DNA of 64,000 nucleotides from an uncultured Verrucomicrobiae bacterium (GTDB lineage Bacteria; Chlamydiota; Chlamydiia; Chlamydiales; Rhabdochlamydiaceae): NCBI GenBank assembly GCA_963813135.1, contig CAWEXY010000009.1, positions 32,001 to 96,000 of the forward strand, read 5' to 3'. Shown piece by piece: positions 61,852 to 64,000 of this stretch (position 1 is its first letter; each line of letters starts with the position of its first letter). The notes under the pieces were generated by a model. It saw only the letters and a program-made list of their open reading frames with translations, ran no database searches and was not told where the DNA came from. The position numbers and the translations under genes were made by a program.

Positions 61852-62145
61852 TTAGAATGATTTAAAGGCGATTAGCAACATTCTCTCCAGCAGATGGTTG
61901 CGAAGATATTTTTCTTGCTTATGCCTAAGTTGCTGGTCTGCAATGGGATAGATGCACTGAGAAATTTGTTGGAATAAGCCGAAAGTGGAAGCCAGCTCAA
62001 GTCTTTTGCTATAATTCGTTATGACGGGGTTTTGCATGATCCAATTTTGAGCTTCTTGAATTCCATAATCATCGTCCTTTTGTTGCAAAGGTATTTGTGG
62101 AGCGCAAAAATACGTTAACAGGTTTGTAAGATTTATTTTGAACAT
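61852..62145 (-). CDS. Hypothetical protein
   Basis: Short AT-rich ORF only. Confidence 0.3.
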   Translation of the reverse strand: MFKINLTNLLTYFCAPQIPLQQKDDDYGIQEAQNWIMQNPVITNYSKRLELASTFGLFQQISQCIYPIADQQLRHKQEKYLRNHLLERMLLIAFKSF

Positions 62146-62218
62146 ATTCAATTGCAGCTTTATTAGCGCGCAGACTATCATACCAAAGTTATTGGGTATC
62201 AGTCAAAAGGGGATGGTT

Positions 62219-62554
62219 ATGGGCATAACAATAAGCAAGAACGATCAAAAGCTTATCGAAACAGCAATAGATACTTTGCTGAATGAGAATCAAATCGAAA
62301 TTACCGCCGGCAGATGCGGCTATTCGATGACGGCTAATTTTTTTCCTCAAGATTTTGTCGATTTCTGTAACAAGGCTACTAAGCTAGTGCTAAAGGCTAT
62401 TGAAAAGCAAATTCTTCACTGCAACGAGCTAACGGAGTTTACAAACGGAATTATCCAAAACAAATTGAAAGAAAAGTGCTGCATTATTGACCCGTTGACT
62501 GAACGAAATCCACCTCCTAATATCAAGATTTGGAATTGGATGATTTCTTGGTAG
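62219..62554 (+). CDS. Hypothetical protein
   Basis: Short AT-rich ORF only. Confidence 0.35.
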   Translation: MGITISKNDQKLIETAIDTLLNENQIEITAGRCGYSMTANFFPQDFVDFCNKATKLVLKAIEKQILHCNELTEFTNGIIQNKLKEKCCIIDPLTERNPPPNIKIWNWMISW

Positions 62555-62635
62555 TTAGAAAAGAACTATGCTGCTTTTTTAAGTGCTTGACCATTAGAAT
62601 GTGTTGTTAACGACGGTAAAGCAGAGCCTACTTTA

Positions 62636-62751
62636 TTGAAGAACCCTCCCATAAATGGAAGGGATTCTTCGAGGATTTAAGGAATAGACCAACTACAGGC
62701 CTGCCTAACCCACCCCTAAAGGGATGGGATTGCGGCATGGCAATCGTTCAA
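62636..62751 (-). mobile_element. Non-autonomous IS200/IS605-end-like element, copy B
   Basis: Reverse complement of 51162-51277 with scattered substitutions. Confidence 0.65.
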
Positions 62752-62854
62752 TCTTGCCAGTCCGGAATGACTTTAATCCTGTAGAGCAAGAAAAGATCAT
62801 CGGCTAAAAATGCATCCTAGCTAAAAAAATGTTTATTACATTATAGCATGAAGA

Positions 62855-64000
62855 GTGAAGATAAAATGCTTCGGTATTTTGCTATTGTGCTCCGGCTGCA
62901 TGCCCGATCGGGCTGTCGTCGATCCGGATAGCTACGCCCCAGCTACCCAGCATGCCGTTTGGAAAAAGCCGCATAAAAGCGAAGAGGTCGCGCCTGTCAT
63001 TAATGAGGATATCCCCCTCTCGCTCGCTGAAATCGTCGATGTCGCCCTGCGCATGAATCCCAACACGAAGCTCACCTGGGCGCAGGCCCGTTTTGCGGCA
63101 GCCCAATATGGAATATCCCAAGCTTCTGACTTTCCGAACGTCGGGAGTACTTATACGTATGCGCGGAGCCGTTCGACTAGCTCTCCCAGCTCAACATCGA
63201 CGACGACAGGCTCTGGAACGACATCGACTTCTGTAACTAGCGGTTCAGCCATTGGTACGATGCAGAAATTTTATCAAAGCACCTGGGGACCGCAGCTCCA
63301 GCTCTCTTATACTTTGCTCGATTTTGGACAGACGCGCAATTCGATCGAAGCGGCCAAGCAAGCCCTCTATGAGGCAGACTTCACGCACAATCGCGAAATC
63401 CAAACGGTGATTCAGACCGTAAGCGATGATTACTACAACCTGCTATTTCAAAAAGAGCAGCTCAAAGCGCTCCTTGCCGATCTCGAGACCGCTCAAACGT
63501 CCTTCGACGCCGCTCAGCTAGGACTTGATGCCGGTGTCAAAGATTTGTCGGATCTCTTGCAAGCTAAAACCCAGCTCCTGCAAATCCAAATCCAGCTCAC
63601 CTCGCAGCGGCAAAATATCGTCGTTGCGCAAGCCCAGCTCCTCACCGATATGGGACTCTCCTCGCACCAAGTCATCCAAGTAGAAGAGATCCCCGCGATC
63701 CCTTCCCTCGACAAGATGACCGATAGCGCGGACTCGCTGCTCGCCATTGCTATGGAAAAACGGCAAGACCTTCTCGCGGCTAGCGCGGCGGTCAAATCGC
63801 AAGAAGCCAACGTCAATTTAGCCCGCAGCCAATTTTTCCCCACGCTGGGCTACAACCTCAACTTTGGCCAGACCAGCTTTAGTAAGATCGGCAGCGACCA
63901 TTACGACTGGCAAAGCACATTCACAGTCAGCTTTCCTATTTTTTCAGGCTTTTCTATGGTCAACAATTTGAAGGCCGCCAAAGCCCAGCACTCCCAAGCG
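62855..64000 (+). CDS. TolC/OEP-family outer-membrane efflux lipoprotein (runs off window end)
   Basis: Not in ORF track; GTG start, lipobox LLCSGC, PLSLAEIVDVAL..NP, LSYTLLDFG, coiled-coil OEP pattern. Confidence 0.85.
   Translation, partial: MKIKCFGILLLCSGCMPDRAVVDPDSYAPATQHAVWKKPHKSEEVAPVINEDIPLSLAEIVDVALRMNPNTKLTWAQARFAAAQYGISQASDFPNVGSTYTYARSRSTSSPSSTSTTTGSGTTSTSVTSGSAIGTMQKFYQSTWGPQLQLSYTLLDFGQTRNSIEAAKQALYEADFTHNREIQTVIQTVSDDYYNLLFQKEQLKALLADLETAQTSFDAAQLGLDAGVKDLSDLLQAKTQLLQIQIQLTSQRQNIVVAQAQLLTDMGLSSHQVIQVEEIPAIPSLDKMTDSADSLLAIAMEKRQDLLAASAAVKSQEANVNLARSQFFPTLGYNLNFGQTSFSKIGSDHYDWQSTFTVSFPIFSGFSMVNNLKAAKAQHSQA

Noticed and set aside
1..64000. tRNA, rRNA, integrase or transposase genes
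   Set aside because: None recognised by eye; tRNAscan/Infernal were not run

Overview
64 kb of an environmental Chlamydiota genome. The assignment rests on the gatC-gatA-gatB / rnhC / rodZ-like block, pkn1, class I fbaB and many eukaryote-like effector genes. GC-richer housekeeping blocks (glmS, fbaB, rlmI, rimO, oppBCDF, gatCAB, rnhC, phrB, tolC) alternate with AT-rich accessory islets. Main observations: (1) a tandem array of four paralogous candidate effectors. Three combine a variable-length 21-aa LRR block, an IpaH/SspH-type NEL E3 ligase and a C-terminal U-box, i.e. two E3 ligase classes in one protein; the fourth is LRR-only. (2) An unannotated 20-aa His4 leader peptide with its own promoter and RBS precedes a polar amino-acid ABC operon (candidate histidine attenuator). 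(3) A membrane-anchored protein carries a tandem duplication of the ClpA/B NBD1-NBD2 unit (four AAA+ modules). (4) A perfect 28-bp coding palindrome in dinD has a second copy just downstream. (5) There are several small non-autonomous palindromic elements, including two IS200/IS605-end-like copies with compensatory changes. (6) Two ~930-aa paralogs share an unrecognised conserved C-terminal domain. Many single frameshifts, including in glmS, suggest indel errors in the assembly, so pseudogene calls are tentative. All family assignments are by eye from motifs; no searches were run.
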